This document shows, piece after piece, positions 1-10,700 of a stretch of 32,000 nucleotides of DNA. Each line of letters begins with the position of its first letter. Within the stretch, counting starts at the first letter, position 1. Source of the DNA: Clostridiales Family XIII bacterium PM5-7 (lineage in GTDB: Bacteria > Bacillota > Clostridia > Peptostreptococcales > Anaerovoracaceae). The stretch covers positions 3,994 through 35,993 of the forward strand of contig JBNDKG010000006.1 in assembly GCA_050435405.1 (NCBI GenBank), in the 5' to 3' direction. Below the pieces are notes generated by a model. The model saw only the letters and a list, made by a program, of their open reading frames with translations, was not told the origin of the DNA and did no database searches. Position numbers and translations under genes: made by a program.

Positions 1-365
1 GTGTATGTAAATGTGCCAATTACTTTACCATCTTCATAGACCTGAATGGTGTCTCCCTGTTTTTCTGCTTTAAACATTTTGTTCTCCCAAAAGCTGTATG
101 CCCAACAGCCCTTTGATAAATCCACTTGGTTTTCCTTGGCGCATTTTACCAATGTTTCATCTGTGGTGTCTACGCCAATAGACAGTAGAAAGTCTGCTGG
201 ATAAGTTTCATCCGTTGTATCAAGATTCTCCGCAACGAATGAGCCATAAAGTGGATCGTCAGAAGCATAGGTTTCCTTTTCTGATACGGTCTTGATGATT
301 AGCAACACGGCAACTAATGCCACCATTGCTAAAATGATTAGTAGTATTTTCTTGCTTTTCTTCAT
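1..365 (-). CDS. Hypothetical membrane-anchored or secreted protein, partial (C-terminus lies beyond the window start)
   Basis: ATG at 365-363 is preceded by a GGAGGGG RBS. The translation begins MKKSKKILLIILAMVALVAVLLIIKTVSEKETYASDDPLYGSF, i.e. a basic N-terminus followed by one hydrophobic helix. The frame stays open to position 1. It is absent from the ORF track because no stop codon lies inside the window. I recognised no family. Confidence 0.5.
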   Translation of the reverse strand, partial: MKKSKKILLIILAMVALVAVLLIIKTVSEKETYASDDPLYGSFVAENLDTTDETYPADFLLSIGVDTTDETLVKCAKENQVDLSKGCWAYSFWENKMFKAEKQGDTIQVYEDGKVIGTFTY

Positions 366-402
366 CAGTTCCCCTCCATAAGTTATCTGTTTCCATTCTA
401 CA

Positions 403-1365
403 CTAGAATACTTTACATAACAATGGTAATATCACTGGCACTCCAAAAGTCAACAAAATACCGACGACCAAAGTAACCATACCCAGCTCTCGCCCTAATG
501 CCCTCGTAATCGGTACAAGCATAGTATCCATGTTTCCTGCTCCACCCGCTGCAATGGGGGAACTTTTGCTGATGCGAATCAATACCGGTAGTAGTAACAC
601 GGTGAAGAATTCCCGAAACACGTTAACCATAAATCCGTAGACACCTGCCTCAGCTCCAAATACTTGCAGCATGGTTGCCCCCGTCATGCTATAATAGCCA
701 ACACCGCTGGCCGCAATCACACCGTAACTCATCGGCATTCCCGTGATTAAGGATGCCACCGCACCACCTGCCATGCTACCAAATAAAATGCCGACAACCA
801 TATATAGCACCCTAAAGCCAACGGCTTTGATATAGCCAAAAACGTTTTTGTTTTGACCCATACCGATACCAATGCTGGTGTATAATACGGCTAAAGATGC
901 CCACAATGAATAGGATAATAGATAGATTTTACTTTCGGGCATAAAGAAATAGCAACCAAATGCTCCTGCCAAAACGCTGGTGGGAATCAGTAGCAAAATC
1001 GGATCTATCTTCCGTTTGTCCTTTTCTGATTCTCCAGCTACACCTATTGCATTCGCTTCCTCATCGCCTAATTGCATTTGACTATATTTGTCAAGGGGCA
1101 ATACGGTTTTTTCCAAAATCAATCCGACGATAACGCTAAATCCAATGGCAAAAAAACAAGTCACCAGACAATTGAATCCTACTGTTCCAATTTCTTCGAT
1201 GACTTCTTTGTTGGTTCCCACGTTGCCACCAATAGTGAACATCAAAACCACCAGGCTAACGGTGGTCACCCAGTCAAAAATTGTATATACCTTCTTTGGA
1301 AGCTGCCTGAATCCAACAAGCAAGCCTAGCCCCATACAAATAAAGGGCATCAGTGTTGCAAGCAT
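403..1365 (-). CDS. LysO-family (DUF340) membrane exporter
   Basis: 320-aa polytopic membrane protein. The C-terminal block ASGVGYYSMTGATML..FGAEAGVYGFMVNVFREFFTVLLLPVLIRISKSSPIAAGGAGNMDTMLVPIT follows the pattern I recall for E. coli YbjE/LysO (ASGFGWYSLSG...NDLARE...PGLIRRS...GATSMDFTLP). Its start lies 4 nt downstream of the stop of the preceding gene. Confidence 0.75.
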   Translation of the reverse strand: MLATLMPFICMGLGLLVGFRQLPKKVYTIFDWVTTVSLVVLMFTIGGNVGTNKEVIEEIGTVGFNCLVTCFFAIGFSVIVGLILEKTVLPLDKYSQMQLGDEEANAIGVAGESEKDKRKIDPILLLIPTSVLAGAFGCYFFMPESKIYLLSYSLWASLAVLYTSIGIGMGQNKNVFGYIKAVGFRVLYMVVGILFGSMAGGAVASLITGMPMSYGVIAASGVGYYSMTGATMLQVFGAEAGVYGFMVNVFREFFTVLLLPVLIRISKSSPIAAGGAGNMDTMLVPITRALGRELGMVTLVVGILLTFGVPVILPLLCKVF

Positions 1366-1369
1366 TGTT

Positions 1370-2479
1370 TTATCCTCTCAATAATCCATTAAAAATCTCA
1401 AGGGTTACGGGGATCAATTCATCTTGATAATCAAAATCTTCCGCATGGATCGATGGCAAATTTTCGCCTGCTCCAAGCCAAATTAACGCTCCCGGTGCCT
1501 TTTTCAAATAGTAACCGAAGTCCTCCGAGCTGCGAATCGGATTTTGCATTTCTGTAATCGGCCAACCTTTTTCTACCGCCAAAGCCCGAATTTTTTCTAT
1601 GCTTTCTGGATGATTATAGGTTTCAGGAAAGGCTTCGTAAATGTGTTTTTCCAGTTCCAAGCCATATGCCTCTGCTTGATTCTTGGCAAAGGCTTCAATC
1701 TGTTCTTGTAGCATATTCATTTCCGCTTCATGCTGGCCTCTGATGGTGAGTAGCAATTTCCCTTTATGGGCAGCCACGCCAAACGCCCGCTCTCCTACGT
1801 CTATCTGCACCACTGTTGCCAAGGTCAACCCCTTAAACTTAGACGGGTCGGCAAGCTCCTGTAGCGCCGTTACCGTTTTGCTCACTGCAAAAGCAGGGTT
1901 TTTCCCCATCTCTGGCTGGCTGGCATGGGCTGATGTTCCAGTGAAAATCAGCTCCAGTCCCTTTGATGCACAACAAACAGTTCCTTCACGCAGACCTAAA
2001 GATCCAAAAGGAAATCCTGGGTAATTATGTACTGCAAACACTTGGTCAATTTGCTTTTCATCAATTAACGCAGCGCATGGCGCTCCACCAATGCCAGTTT
2101 CTTCTCCATGCTGAAAAATAAAGTAGACGTCTTTGTCCGCTCCTTTTTCCCAAACATCAATGGCAAAGGCCGCAAGCGCCGCACTATGACCGTCGTGGCC
2201 ACACTGATGGGCAACGCCTTTGTTCACCGACTGATATGGCAGTCCCGTTTTCTCCAATACTTTGATCGCATCAAAATCCGCCCGAAACGCGATGCTTCCA
2301 CGGCTATCTCCTTTCGGATGATATTCCGCATAGAACCATTTCCCTCGATCGGTTACGGCAAGTCCGCAGTTTTCCTGCAGAAATTCCATCAGCCGTCGTT
2401 TGGTTTCTCGTTCCTCGCCTGACAGTTCAGGATGTTGGTGTAATTCATGTCTTAATGCAATGATTTTTGGTAGGTTCAT
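1370..2479 (-). CDS. M20D-family amidohydrolase (N-acyl-amino-acid amidohydrolase/hippuricase-like)
   Basis: 369 aa. The N-terminus LRHELHQHPELSGEE and the metal-binding blocks AHQCGHDGH and FIFQHGEE are typical of M20D peptidases. A GGAGGCG RBS precedes the ATG. Confidence 0.8.
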   Translation of the reverse strand: MNLPKIIALRHELHQHPELSGEERETKRRLMEFLQENCGLAVTDRGKWFYAEYHPKGDSRGSIAFRADFDAIKVLEKTGLPYQSVNKGVAHQCGHDGHSAALAAFAIDVWEKGADKDVYFIFQHGEETGIGGAPCAALIDEKQIDQVFAVHNYPGFPFGSLGLREGTVCCASKGLELIFTGTSAHASQPEMGKNPAFAVSKTVTALQELADPSKFKGLTLATVVQIDVGERAFGVAAHKGKLLLTIRGQHEAEMNMLQEQIEAFAKNQAEAYGLELEKHIYEAFPETYNHPESIEKIRALAVEKGWPITEMQNPIRSSEDFGYYLKKAPGALIWLGAGENLPSIHAEDFDYQDELIPVTLEIFNGLLRG

Positions 2480-2488
2480 GACGCCTCC

Positions 2489-4075
2489 TTAGTTTTCCTC
2501 TATATACTCGTCATAAGTGCATTTCTTATCTGCCATGGTACCATCTGGCTTAAACTCAATGATTCTGTTGGCAATGGTTTGAATGAATTCGTGGTCATGG
2601 GAAGCAAATAGCAAGCCTCCCTTAAAGCTCATTAGCCCTTCGTTGACTGCGGTAATGGACTCTAAATCTAAATGGTTGGTCGGCTGGTCTAATATCAAAA
2701 TATTAGAGCCAAAAAGCATCATTCTCGATAGCATGCAGCGAACCTTTTCTCCTCCAGAAAGAACCTTAACCTGTTTATACACGTCATCGCCAGAGAACAA
2801 CATTTTCCCTAAAAATCCGCGCAGGAAGGTTTCTGTCGTATCGGTAGAATACTGCATTAACCACTCAACTAAATTGTCGTTGTTGTCTTGGAAATACTCG
2901 GTATTGTCTAGAGGGAAATAAGAAGTTGACACGGTTACGCCCCATTTGTAGCTGCCGGAATCCGCTTCCATCTCTCCCGTGATGATTTTGAACAAGGTGG
3001 TGTTGGCAATTTCGTTTTCTCCAACAAAGGCAATTTTGTCTCCATTGTTCACTCTAAAGGTTACGTTATCCAGTATCTTTACGCCATCAATGGTTTTGGA
3101 AATGCCTTCAACCTCAAGAATTTCCTTACCTGGCTCTCTATCGATGTTAAACCCAACGAAAGGGTATCTTCTGGTGGAGGCAGGTAGTTCCTCTACCGTC
3201 AGCTTATCCAGCAGCTTACGACGTGAGGTTGCCTGCTTTGACTTTGATTTATTGGCTGAGAATCGCTGGATAAACGCCTGCAATTCCTTGATTTTGTCTT
3301 CACTTTTCTTGTTTTGATCCTTCACCATCTTCTGAATCATTTGGCTGGACTTGTACCAAAATTCGTAGTTGCCTACGTACATTTTGATCTTGCCGTAATC
3401 AACGTCTACAATGCTGGTACATACTGCATTGAGGAAGTGTCGGTCATGGGATACTACAATTACTGTGCCCTCGTATTCCATCAAAAAGTCTTCTAGCCAG
3501 TTGATGGCCTTTACGTCTAAATGGTTGGTCGGCTCGTCGAGAAGAATAATCCCAGGGTTGCCAAAAAGGGCTCTAGCTAAAAGAACCTTTACCTTTTCTT
3601 TACCGGTTAACCCGCTCATTTGATTGTAGAGAATATCATTGGATAATCCAAGGCCTTGTATCAATCTGCTCACATCGGATTCTGCTTCCCATCCATCCAT
3701 TTCTGCAAATTCCGCTTCCAGCTCTGCTGCCTTCATGCCGTCTTCATCGGAAAAATCCTCCTTCATGTAGATGGCGTCTTTTTCTTTCATCACGGCATAC
3801 AGTCGTTCATTGCCCATAATGACCGTATCTAATACGGTGTATTCGTCAAATTCGAAGTGGTCCTGTTTCAAAACAGACATACGAACTCCAGGCTTAATGG
3901 AAACGTTTCCGCTTGTAGGGTCTAGGTCTCCTGATAGAATTCTGAGGAATGTGGACTTTCCTGCACCATTGGCACCGATAATTCCGTAGCAGTTTCCTGG
4001 CGTGAATTTTAAATCTACATCCTTAAATAGTGGCTGCCCGCTGAAATTTATGCTTAAATTGTTTACTGTTATCAC
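2489..4075 (-). CDS. ABC-F family ATPase (YbiT/YkpA-like translation-associated factor)
   Basis: 528 aa with two ABC cassettes and no transmembrane domain. Walker A is GANGAGKST, the signatures are MSGLTGKEKVKV and LSGGEKVR, and Walker B is ILLDEPTNHLD and ILILDQPTNHLD. A charged inter-domain linker is present. GTG start at 4075 with an AAGGAG RBS upstream. Confidence 0.9.
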   Translation of the reverse strand: MITVNNLSINFSGQPLFKDVDLKFTPGNCYGIIGANGAGKSTFLRILSGDLDPTSGNVSIKPGVRMSVLKQDHFEFDEYTVLDTVIMGNERLYAVMKEKDAIYMKEDFSDEDGMKAAELEAEFAEMDGWEAESDVSRLIQGLGLSNDILYNQMSGLTGKEKVKVLLARALFGNPGIILLDEPTNHLDVKAINWLEDFLMEYEGTVIVVSHDRHFLNAVCTSIVDVDYGKIKMYVGNYEFWYKSSQMIQKMVKDQNKKSEDKIKELQAFIQRFSANKSKSKQATSRRKLLDKLTVEELPASTRRYPFVGFNIDREPGKEILEVEGISKTIDGVKILDNVTFRVNNGDKIAFVGENEIANTTLFKIITGEMEADSGSYKWGVTVSTSYFPLDNTEYFQDNNDNLVEWLMQYSTDTTETFLRGFLGKMLFSGDDVYKQVKVLSGGEKVRCMLSRMMLFGSNILILDQPTNHLDLESITAVNEGLMSFKGGLLFASHDHEFIQTIANRIIEFKPDGTMADKKCTYDEYIEEN

Positions 4076-4114
4076 GAATGTTTTTCTCCTTTTTTCTTCA
4101 TCTGTAGTAAGTTA

Positions 4115-4147
4115 ACATAAAAGCGCATTCTATTCGAATACGCTTTT
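4115..4147 (-). terminator. Rho-independent terminator after asnS
   Basis: The minus strand reads GCGTATTC-GAATA-GAATGCGC followed by TTTTATGTT. The one non-Watson-Crick pair is G.U on the minus strand but C/A on the plus strand, which favours minus-strand function. Confidence 0.6.
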
Positions 4148-4155
4148 GCTTCTAT

Positions 4156-5550
4156 TTAGAATTCTGCTGTTTTAGGTGTTCTTGGGAACGGTTGCACATC
4201 ACGAATGTTGCTCATTCCCGTCATGTACATGATGATTCGGTCAAATCCAAGGCCATATCCAGCATGCTTAACGCCGCCATATTTTCTCAGATCCAAATAC
4301 CACCAGTATTCTTCCATATCCAGCCCCATTGTTTCCATTCTCTCACGAAGCACATCCAATCGCTCTTCTCTTTGGCTTCCGCCGATGATTTCACCGACAC
4401 CAGGAACGAGAAGGTCACAAGCCGCAACCGTCTTTCCATCGTCGTTGACTCTCATGTAGAAGGCTTTGATGTCCTTCGGATAATCTGTAACAAACAAAGG
4501 TTTCTTGAAGATTTCTTCTGTCAAGTATCTCTCATGCTCTGTCTGTAGGTCAATTCCCCATTCTACTGGGAATTGGAACTCTTTCCCTGATTTTAACAGC
4601 AAATCTACAGCCTCGGTGTAGGTAATCCGACCGAAATCGGAGCTAACAATATTGTCTAATCTTGCCAGCAGGCCTTTATCCACGAAACTGTTGAAGAACT
4701 GCATTTCTTCTGGAGCATGTTCAAGTACATAGTTGATGATGTATTTCACCATATCTTCTGCCAAGGCCATATTGTCTTCAAGATCGGCAAAGGCAATTTC
4801 TGGTTCTATCATCCAGAACTCAGAGGCATGTCTAGCCGTATATGAGTTTTCCGCTCTGAAGGTTGGCCCAAAGGTGTAAACGTTTCTAAACGCTAGAGCG
4901 AATATTTCTGCTTCTAGCTGTCCGCTTACTGTCAAGCTGGTTTCTTTTCCAAAGAAATCCTCGGTATAGTCGATCTCGCCTTCTTCATTTCTTGGTGGTT
5001 CATTCATATCAAGGGTGGTTACTCTAAACATTTCTCCTGCACCTTCACAGTCTGACCCTGTGATGATTGGCGGGTGAGCATAAACAAAATCTCTCTCCTG
5101 GAAGAATTGATGAATTGCGTATGCTGCTAGAGATCTCACTCTAAATACTGCCGCAAAGGTGTTGCTTCTTGGTCTAAGATGTGCAATTTCTCTGAGAAAT
5201 TCCATGGAATGCCTCTTTTTCTGCAGCGGATAGTCTGGGTCGGAATCAGCCTCCATTACTACTTCTGCTGCCTTAATTTCAAAAGGCTGCTTTGCTTCTG
5301 GAGTCAATACCAATGTACCTCGAACCATTAGCGCCGATGCAATGTGCGCCTTAGCCACTTCATCAAAGTTGTCAATGATGTCTGTTTCGTACACCACTTG
5401 CACGGACTTGAAAAAAGTACCATCATTCAGTTCTATAAATCCAAACTTATTCGAGTTTCTATTGGTTCTCACCCAACCTCTAATGACGATTTCTTTATCA
5501 GCATATGCGTCGGTGTTCCTAAAAAGCTCTCTAAGTTGTATGTCTTTCAT
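4156..5550 (-). CDS. asnS: Asparagine--tRNA ligase
   Basis: 464 aa, class IIb aaRS. It has an N-terminal OB fold ([23 protein letters not shown]), motif 2/3 regions ([21 protein letters not shown]; GYGLGFDR) and the characteristic C-terminus PRTPKTAEF. Confidence 0.95.
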   Translation of the reverse strand: MKDIQLRELFRNTDAYADKEIVIRGWVRTNRNSNKFGFIELNDGTFFKSVQVVYETDIIDNFDEVAKAHIASALMVRGTLVLTPEAKQPFEIKAAEVVMEADSDPDYPLQKKRHSMEFLREIAHLRPRSNTFAAVFRVRSLAAYAIHQFFQERDFVYAHPPIITGSDCEGAGEMFRVTTLDMNEPPRNEEGEIDYTEDFFGKETSLTVSGQLEAEIFALAFRNVYTFGPTFRAENSYTARHASEFWMIEPEIAFADLEDNMALAEDMVKYIINYVLEHAPEEMQFFNSFVDKGLLARLDNIVSSDFGRITYTEAVDLLLKSGKEFQFPVEWGIDLQTEHERYLTEEIFKKPLFVTDYPKDIKAFYMRVNDDGKTVAACDLLVPGVGEIIGGSQREERLDVLRERMETMGLDMEEYWWYLDLRKYGGVKHAGYGLGFDRIIMYMTGMSNIRDVQPFPRTPKTAEF

Positions 5551-5576
5551 TCGTTCTGTACCTTCTTTCGTTTTGG

Positions 5577-7121
5577 TTATTTTTCTGGTTTCATGGTTGG
5601 GAACAAAATGGTGTCTCGAATTGACGGTGCATCGCTAATCAGCATGATGACACGGTCAACACCGATCCCCAGTCCGCCTGTAGGTGGAAGTCCAACCTCA
5701 AGGGCATTGACAAAGTCCATATCCATTGGATGTGCTTCTTCGTCTTCGCCAGAGTCTAGCTGTGCTTGCTGCTCTGTGAATCGTTCCAGCTGATCGATTG
5801 GGTCGTTCAGCTCAGAAAAGGCATTTCCAATTTCCCATCCATTAATATATGCTTCGAATCTTCTAGTGATTCTTGGATCTTCTGGGTCTCTTTTTGATAA
5901 TGGAGAAATCTCAACAGGATGTCCCACGACAAATACTGGTCCGTCCAAGTATCCTGGAACGTCTTCGCAATACTCTTCGAACATCTCTGCAATCAGCTTG
6001 CCTCTGGATAGACCTTCAACGTCCTCCTTCTTCATGCCGTACTTGGTTGCCGCTTCTCTTGCTTCTTCGTCCGTATCAATTTTCCCAAAGTCAACACCAG
6101 TGATTTCTTTAACGGCATCAGCCATGTTCAATCTTCTCCATGGAGGAGTCACATCGAATTCTTTTCCCTGGTATTTCACAATTGGTGTTCCATTTACCGC
6201 TAGGGCACAACGGTACACAATCTGCTCTGTAATGTCCATAACGTTTTCCATGTTTCCGTATGCCATATAGCATTCCATGGAGGTGTATTCAGGGTTATGG
6301 TTTCTATCCATCCCTTCATTTCTAAACATTTTGCCCATTTCGTAAACTCTATCCAATCCACCGACGATGAGTCGTTTTAGATATAGTTCGTTGGAAATAC
6401 GCAGCTTCATATCGATGTCTAGGGTATTGTGATGGGTATTAAATGGTCTTGCATTGGCACCACCAGCAATGGTGGTTAAAATTGGTGTGTCCACTTCCAA
6501 GAACCCATAGTCTTCTTCTAATACTCTTCTAAATTCACGAACAATCGTCGCTCTTTTGTAGAAAGCTTCTCTTACATCTGGATTGACAATTAGGTCAGTG
6601 TATCTCTGTCTGTATCGGATATCTGGATCCTTCAGGCCGTGCCATTTATTTGGAAGTACCTGCAAGGACTTGGACAACAATACTAGGTTGCTGACTTTGA
6701 TGGATACTTCTCCGTGCTTTGTCTTAAATACAACCCCTTCGATACCGACGATATCGCCAATATCATAGGTTTTGAACCAGTCATATTCTTCTGGGCCAAT
6801 GGCATCCTGACGCACGTAGCACTGGATTCTTCCTTGTTTATCTTGAATATCAATAAAAGAGGCTTTACCCATCTGTCTAAAGGCCATGATTCTTCCAGCG
6901 CAAGACACTTCTTCGTCTTCCATAGCATCAAAATTGTCCTTAATGTCCATGCTGTGAGCCGTAACGTCCCATTTCTCCTGAAGGAATGGGTTTCTGCCTG
7001 CTTCCTGAAGCTTCTTTAGCTTTTCTCTTCTAATCAATCGTTGTTCATTTAAATTCTCTTCTGTAAACTCCTCTTCTTCAACTTCAGGGTTTACATTCAC
7101 ATTGTTGTCTTGTGTACTCAT
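5577..7121 (-). CDS. lysS: Lysine--tRNA ligase (class II)
   Basis: 514 aa. Recognisable blocks are [46 protein letters not shown] and the C-terminal [15 protein letters not shown]. It lies 19 nt downstream of greA and 26 nt upstream of asnS. Confidence 0.95.
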   Translation of the reverse strand: MSTQDNNVNVNPEVEEEEFTEENLNEQRLIRREKLKKLQEAGRNPFLQEKWDVTAHSMDIKDNFDAMEDEEVSCAGRIMAFRQMGKASFIDIQDKQGRIQCYVRQDAIGPEEYDWFKTYDIGDIVGIEGVVFKTKHGEVSIKVSNLVLLSKSLQVLPNKWHGLKDPDIRYRQRYTDLIVNPDVREAFYKRATIVREFRRVLEEDYGFLEVDTPILTTIAGGANARPFNTHHNTLDIDMKLRISNELYLKRLIVGGLDRVYEMGKMFRNEGMDRNHNPEYTSMECYMAYGNMENVMDITEQIVYRCALAVNGTPIVKYQGKEFDVTPPWRRLNMADAVKEITGVDFGKIDTDEEAREAATKYGMKKEDVEGLSRGKLIAEMFEEYCEDVPGYLDGPVFVVGHPVEISPLSKRDPEDPRITRRFEAYINGWEIGNAFSELNDPIDQLERFTEQQAQLDSGEDEEAHPMDMDFVNALEVGLPPTGGLGIGVDRVIMLISDAPSIRDTILFPTMKPEK

Positions 7122-7140
7122 TTTTTATTTCACCTCAATA

Positions 7141-7620
7141 CTATTTGGTAATTTCAATAATTTTAAAATGTATTGTTCCATCTGGAGCTACAACTTCCGC
7201 TGTTTCGCCAATTTTCTTTCCTAAAAGGCTTTTCCCCACTAGGGATTCGTTGGAAATTTTCGCAGGCTCAGCAAAGGGATCTGCTTCTGTAGAACCAACG
7301 ATGACAAATGCCTGAGACTCTTTGGTTTCCATATTTTCAACGGTTACGGTTAATCCAACATTGACTTGATCATTGGACACTTCATTCTCGTTGATGATTT
7401 TCGCATTGCGCAGCATGGTTTCCAGCTTATGAATTCTCTCTTCAAGCTCAGCTTGTTCGTTTTTCGCCGCGTCGTATTCAGCGTTTTCAGATAGGTCTCC
7501 ATAGGAAATTGCTTCCTTCAATCTTTCGGAAACTTCCTTTCTTCTTACTGAAACCAACTCATCTATTTCATTTTCCAATTTATCATAACCCTTCTGGGTT
7601 AGAAGTATTTCTTCTGACAT
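7141..7620 (-). CDS. greA: Transcription elongation factor GreA
   Basis: 159 aa. It has an N-terminal coiled coil carrying the acidic tip (YGDLSENAEYDAAK) and a C-terminal globular domain. An AAGGAGATAA RBS is present. Confidence 0.95.
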   Translation of the reverse strand: MSEEILLTQKGYDKLENEIDELVSVRRKEVSERLKEAISYGDLSENAEYDAAKNEQAELEERIHKLETMLRNAKIINENEVSNDQVNVGLTVTVENMETKESQAFVIVGSTEADPFAEPAKISNESLVGKSLLGKKIGETAEVVAPDGTIHFKIIEITK

Positions 7621-7660
7621 GTTTATTATCTCCTTTCAGATAGGCCAATAGCCTCGGCGT

Positions 7661-7689
7661 ATTATACTGCAAAACTAGGGCTTTGTCAA
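7661..7689 (-). promoter_or_regulatory. Consensus sigma-A promoter for greA-lysS-asnS
   Basis: The minus strand reads TTGACA (7689-7684), a 17-nt spacer, then TATAAT (7666-7661). Both hexamers match consensus perfectly, and the element sits about 40 nt upstream of the greA ATG. Confidence 0.7.
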
Positions 7690-7707
7690 TTTTCCGCCGT
7701 ATTTGAT

Positions 7708-10700
7708 TTATTCCTTGTTGGAATCGACAAATCGTTTGATTTTCTTTCCAGTGGTTTTATCAAAATCTTCTTTTCTGATTTTTACTTTTTTCACTTTTTT
7801 GTAGAGCGGCAATTCTTCATTTACCTTGTCCACTTCTTCCCAAATCAAATCCTTAGCCTGTTCTTCAGTGTAGTGTTCGCCTAAGGTTTCTACTAGCGCC
7901 TCAGCATCTAACGTGACTGTTGCTACAATAGAAGTTTCATTGCTACTATCTTCATGTACATCTCCCCATACTAAGCTCTCTGCAATATATGGGATTCCGC
8001 CTAAGTAGTACTCGATTTCTTCTGGGAATATATTTTTACCATTTTTGGTGATGATGACATTTTTCTTTCTGCCTGTAATGTAGATGAAGTCCTGTTCATC
8101 GACATAGCCTAAATCGCCTGTGTGGAACCACCCATCAATGAGCACCTCAGCTGTTGCTTTCGGATTGTGGTAGTATCCCATCATGACGTTTTTGCCTTTT
8201 AGACAAATCTCTCCAATGCCGTTTTCATCACGATTGATGACTTTCACTTCCATACCTGGCAATAGATGTCCGACAGATGCATTTCTCATGTCCTTCGGTA
8301 CATCCGGATTTAGCGCTGCCATTGGCGAGCATTCCGTCAGTCCATAACCTTGTACCGCAATAATTCCAATGTCATTGAAGAACTGCAATACTTTAGGGTC
8401 AATCGCTGCACCTCCAGAAATGATGACTCTCATTCTTCCACCAAATACGTCTAAAATTTCCTTGGTAAATGGCTTACTGATATCTAGTCCAACCTTCTTG
8501 GTTTTTCTATTCATAGACAACAGTGTTTTTAGTGTCTTTTCTTTTCCTTTTTTCCTGATGTTTTGCCAGATTTTCTTATATAGTGATTCAATCAGTACTG
8601 GTACGCCTAGAATCATGGTTGGTTTAACCTCTTCAAGATTCTTGGTGATATACTTTAGCCCCTGGCAGTACGCAATTGACGCCCCCTTATACAGTGGCAT
8701 CAAAAATGCACAAGTGCATTCGTAAGTATGATGTACTGGTAAAACGGAGAAGAAAATGTCTTCTGGATTTACCTTTAGAATCGTTGGTGCCGTCATCAGA
8801 TTGTCAGCAAGGTTTGCGTGGGATAGCATTACACCTTTGGCAATACCTGTCGTTCCTGAAGTATAGAGTAATACACTCATGGCATCTGCGATAATCTCTG
8901 CATCTAGGAATTGTCTATCCCCTTGGGCAATTTGTTCTTTACCCTCTTGAATCAACGCTTTCCACGATAGGCTTTCTTCTTGGTGTGCTTCTGTATCAAA
9001 ATCAACAAGTAGCTCCAATGGGGTATCGTCTTTTGCCTTCATTTCTTTAAATAGCTTATCGAATTTGTGGCCGTAAATTACGCAAGACACTTCAGCGTCA
9101 ATAATCAACTGCTCCAATTCGCTGGCCATCAGTTCTTTGTCCAAAGGCACGACAATACCTGTACCGTTTAAGACTGCCAAGTAACTGGATTCCCATTGGT
9201 AACAGGTTTCACCAATGATTCCGATACGTTTGCCCTTCAGTCCTCGATTGATCAGGGCTGTACCAAGTCCATTGACATCGGCAAGCGCTTCTTTATAGGT
9301 GATAACCTCGTATCCCTTATCCTTATCAAATTTTTGTCTGAATGCAGGGTTGTCTCCATATAGGGCAACACTGGTTTCAAACATGTTTTTCACATCGGTA
9401 ATTGGTCTACTGGTTTTATATCTTACATATGGGTCATCACTTTCTTCTAGCGCCTGCGCTTTCGCCTTAGCACGCTTTTCTTCCATTTCTTTGATTTCAT
9501 GATAACTCATACCCATTATGCTTCCTCTACTCTTTTCCTTGGTGCGATTTCCATATCGCTTAATCTTTCCAGTAGTTGTTTTATCGAATTCTTTATCTCT
9601 AATATTAATTCGTTTGATGGCCTTATATGCAGGCATCTTTTTATTTGCTTCATCGATTAGCGCTTTGTAGAAGTGATATACTTCACTGCTGTTCATTTTT
9701 CCTTCTTGTTCTTCTAGTAGCGCATAATTCGGATAAATATCTGCAGTAATCATGACGTTTCCTACACGTTCGTCCTTAACGCCATGTACCAGAACTTCTT
9801 GTACGCGTTCATCTTCCATAACAACGGTTTCAATTTCTTCAGGGTAAATATTCTTTCCCCCTTTGGTTACAATCACCGTTTTCTTACGGCCAGTCAGATA
9901 CAAGAATCCGTCTTCATCAAAATAGCCTAAGTCACCAGTGTATAACCAACCGTCTTTTAGCACTTCTTCTGTGGCTTCTGGATTGTCATAGTAACCCATC
10001 ATGACCGAAGGACCTTTGCAGATGATTTCGCCAATTCCGTCTTCATCAGGATCTGCGATTTTCACTTCAGTTCCTGGCATAGGTTTACCGCCTGCTGCCG
10101 CTTTGCTGTATCTATCTTGGTTAACCGCGATAATTGGTGCATTCTCACTCATTCCATATCCTTGAATCATTGGAATGCCCATAGCCTCAAAATCTTCAAT
10201 AACCTTTGGGTCTATCGCTGCACCTCCAGCAATAAACAAGGTAATGTGGTTTCCAAAGGATTGGTGAATGGCTTTAAACAGCTTTTTCATTAACGCTGTA
10301 TTCTTGTATAGCTTCAGCTTCTTAGAAAGGTCAATGGCTTTTCTAAGTTTCTCTGCCTCGCCTCTACTTTCGGCTTGTTTCCACATGCCCTTATACATCT
10401 TTTCGAACACCAGAGGTACGCCTAGCATAATGTTGGTGTTCACCTCATTCATATTCTTCTGAATGTATTTGATGCCTTCGCATATGGCAATGGTTTTTCC
10501 CTGATAGAAGGTTGTCCAAATGGAACACGTCATTTCATATGCGTGGTGAATCGGAAGGATAGATAAGACAATCCCATCTTCCGGAATCTTGACCAGCTTA
10601 GACATGTTGTACACATTGGCAGCAATATTCTTATGGGAAAGCATTACGCCCTTTGACAGACCTGTCGTTCCTGATGTGTACATCAAGGTTGCCATCTGCT

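Noticed and set aside
5344-5793. Long antisense shadow ORFs. Examples are 5344..5793(+), 1683..2024(+), 17494..17892(+), 20023..20421(+), 24451..24906(-), 29042..29431(+), 30300..30740(+) and 31156..31605(-).
   Set aside because: Each lies entirely opposite a well-supported conserved gene and lacks an RBS. Their composition is low-complexity and Ser/Leu/Pro/Phe-rich, typical of the reverse frames of real genes.
5551-7140. T-box leaders or attenuators upstream of asnS and lysS.
   Set aside because: The gaps are only 26 nt (lysS-asnS) and 19 nt (greA-lysS), far too short for a T-box of about 200 nt. The three genes look like one operon driven from the consensus promoter at 7661-7689.
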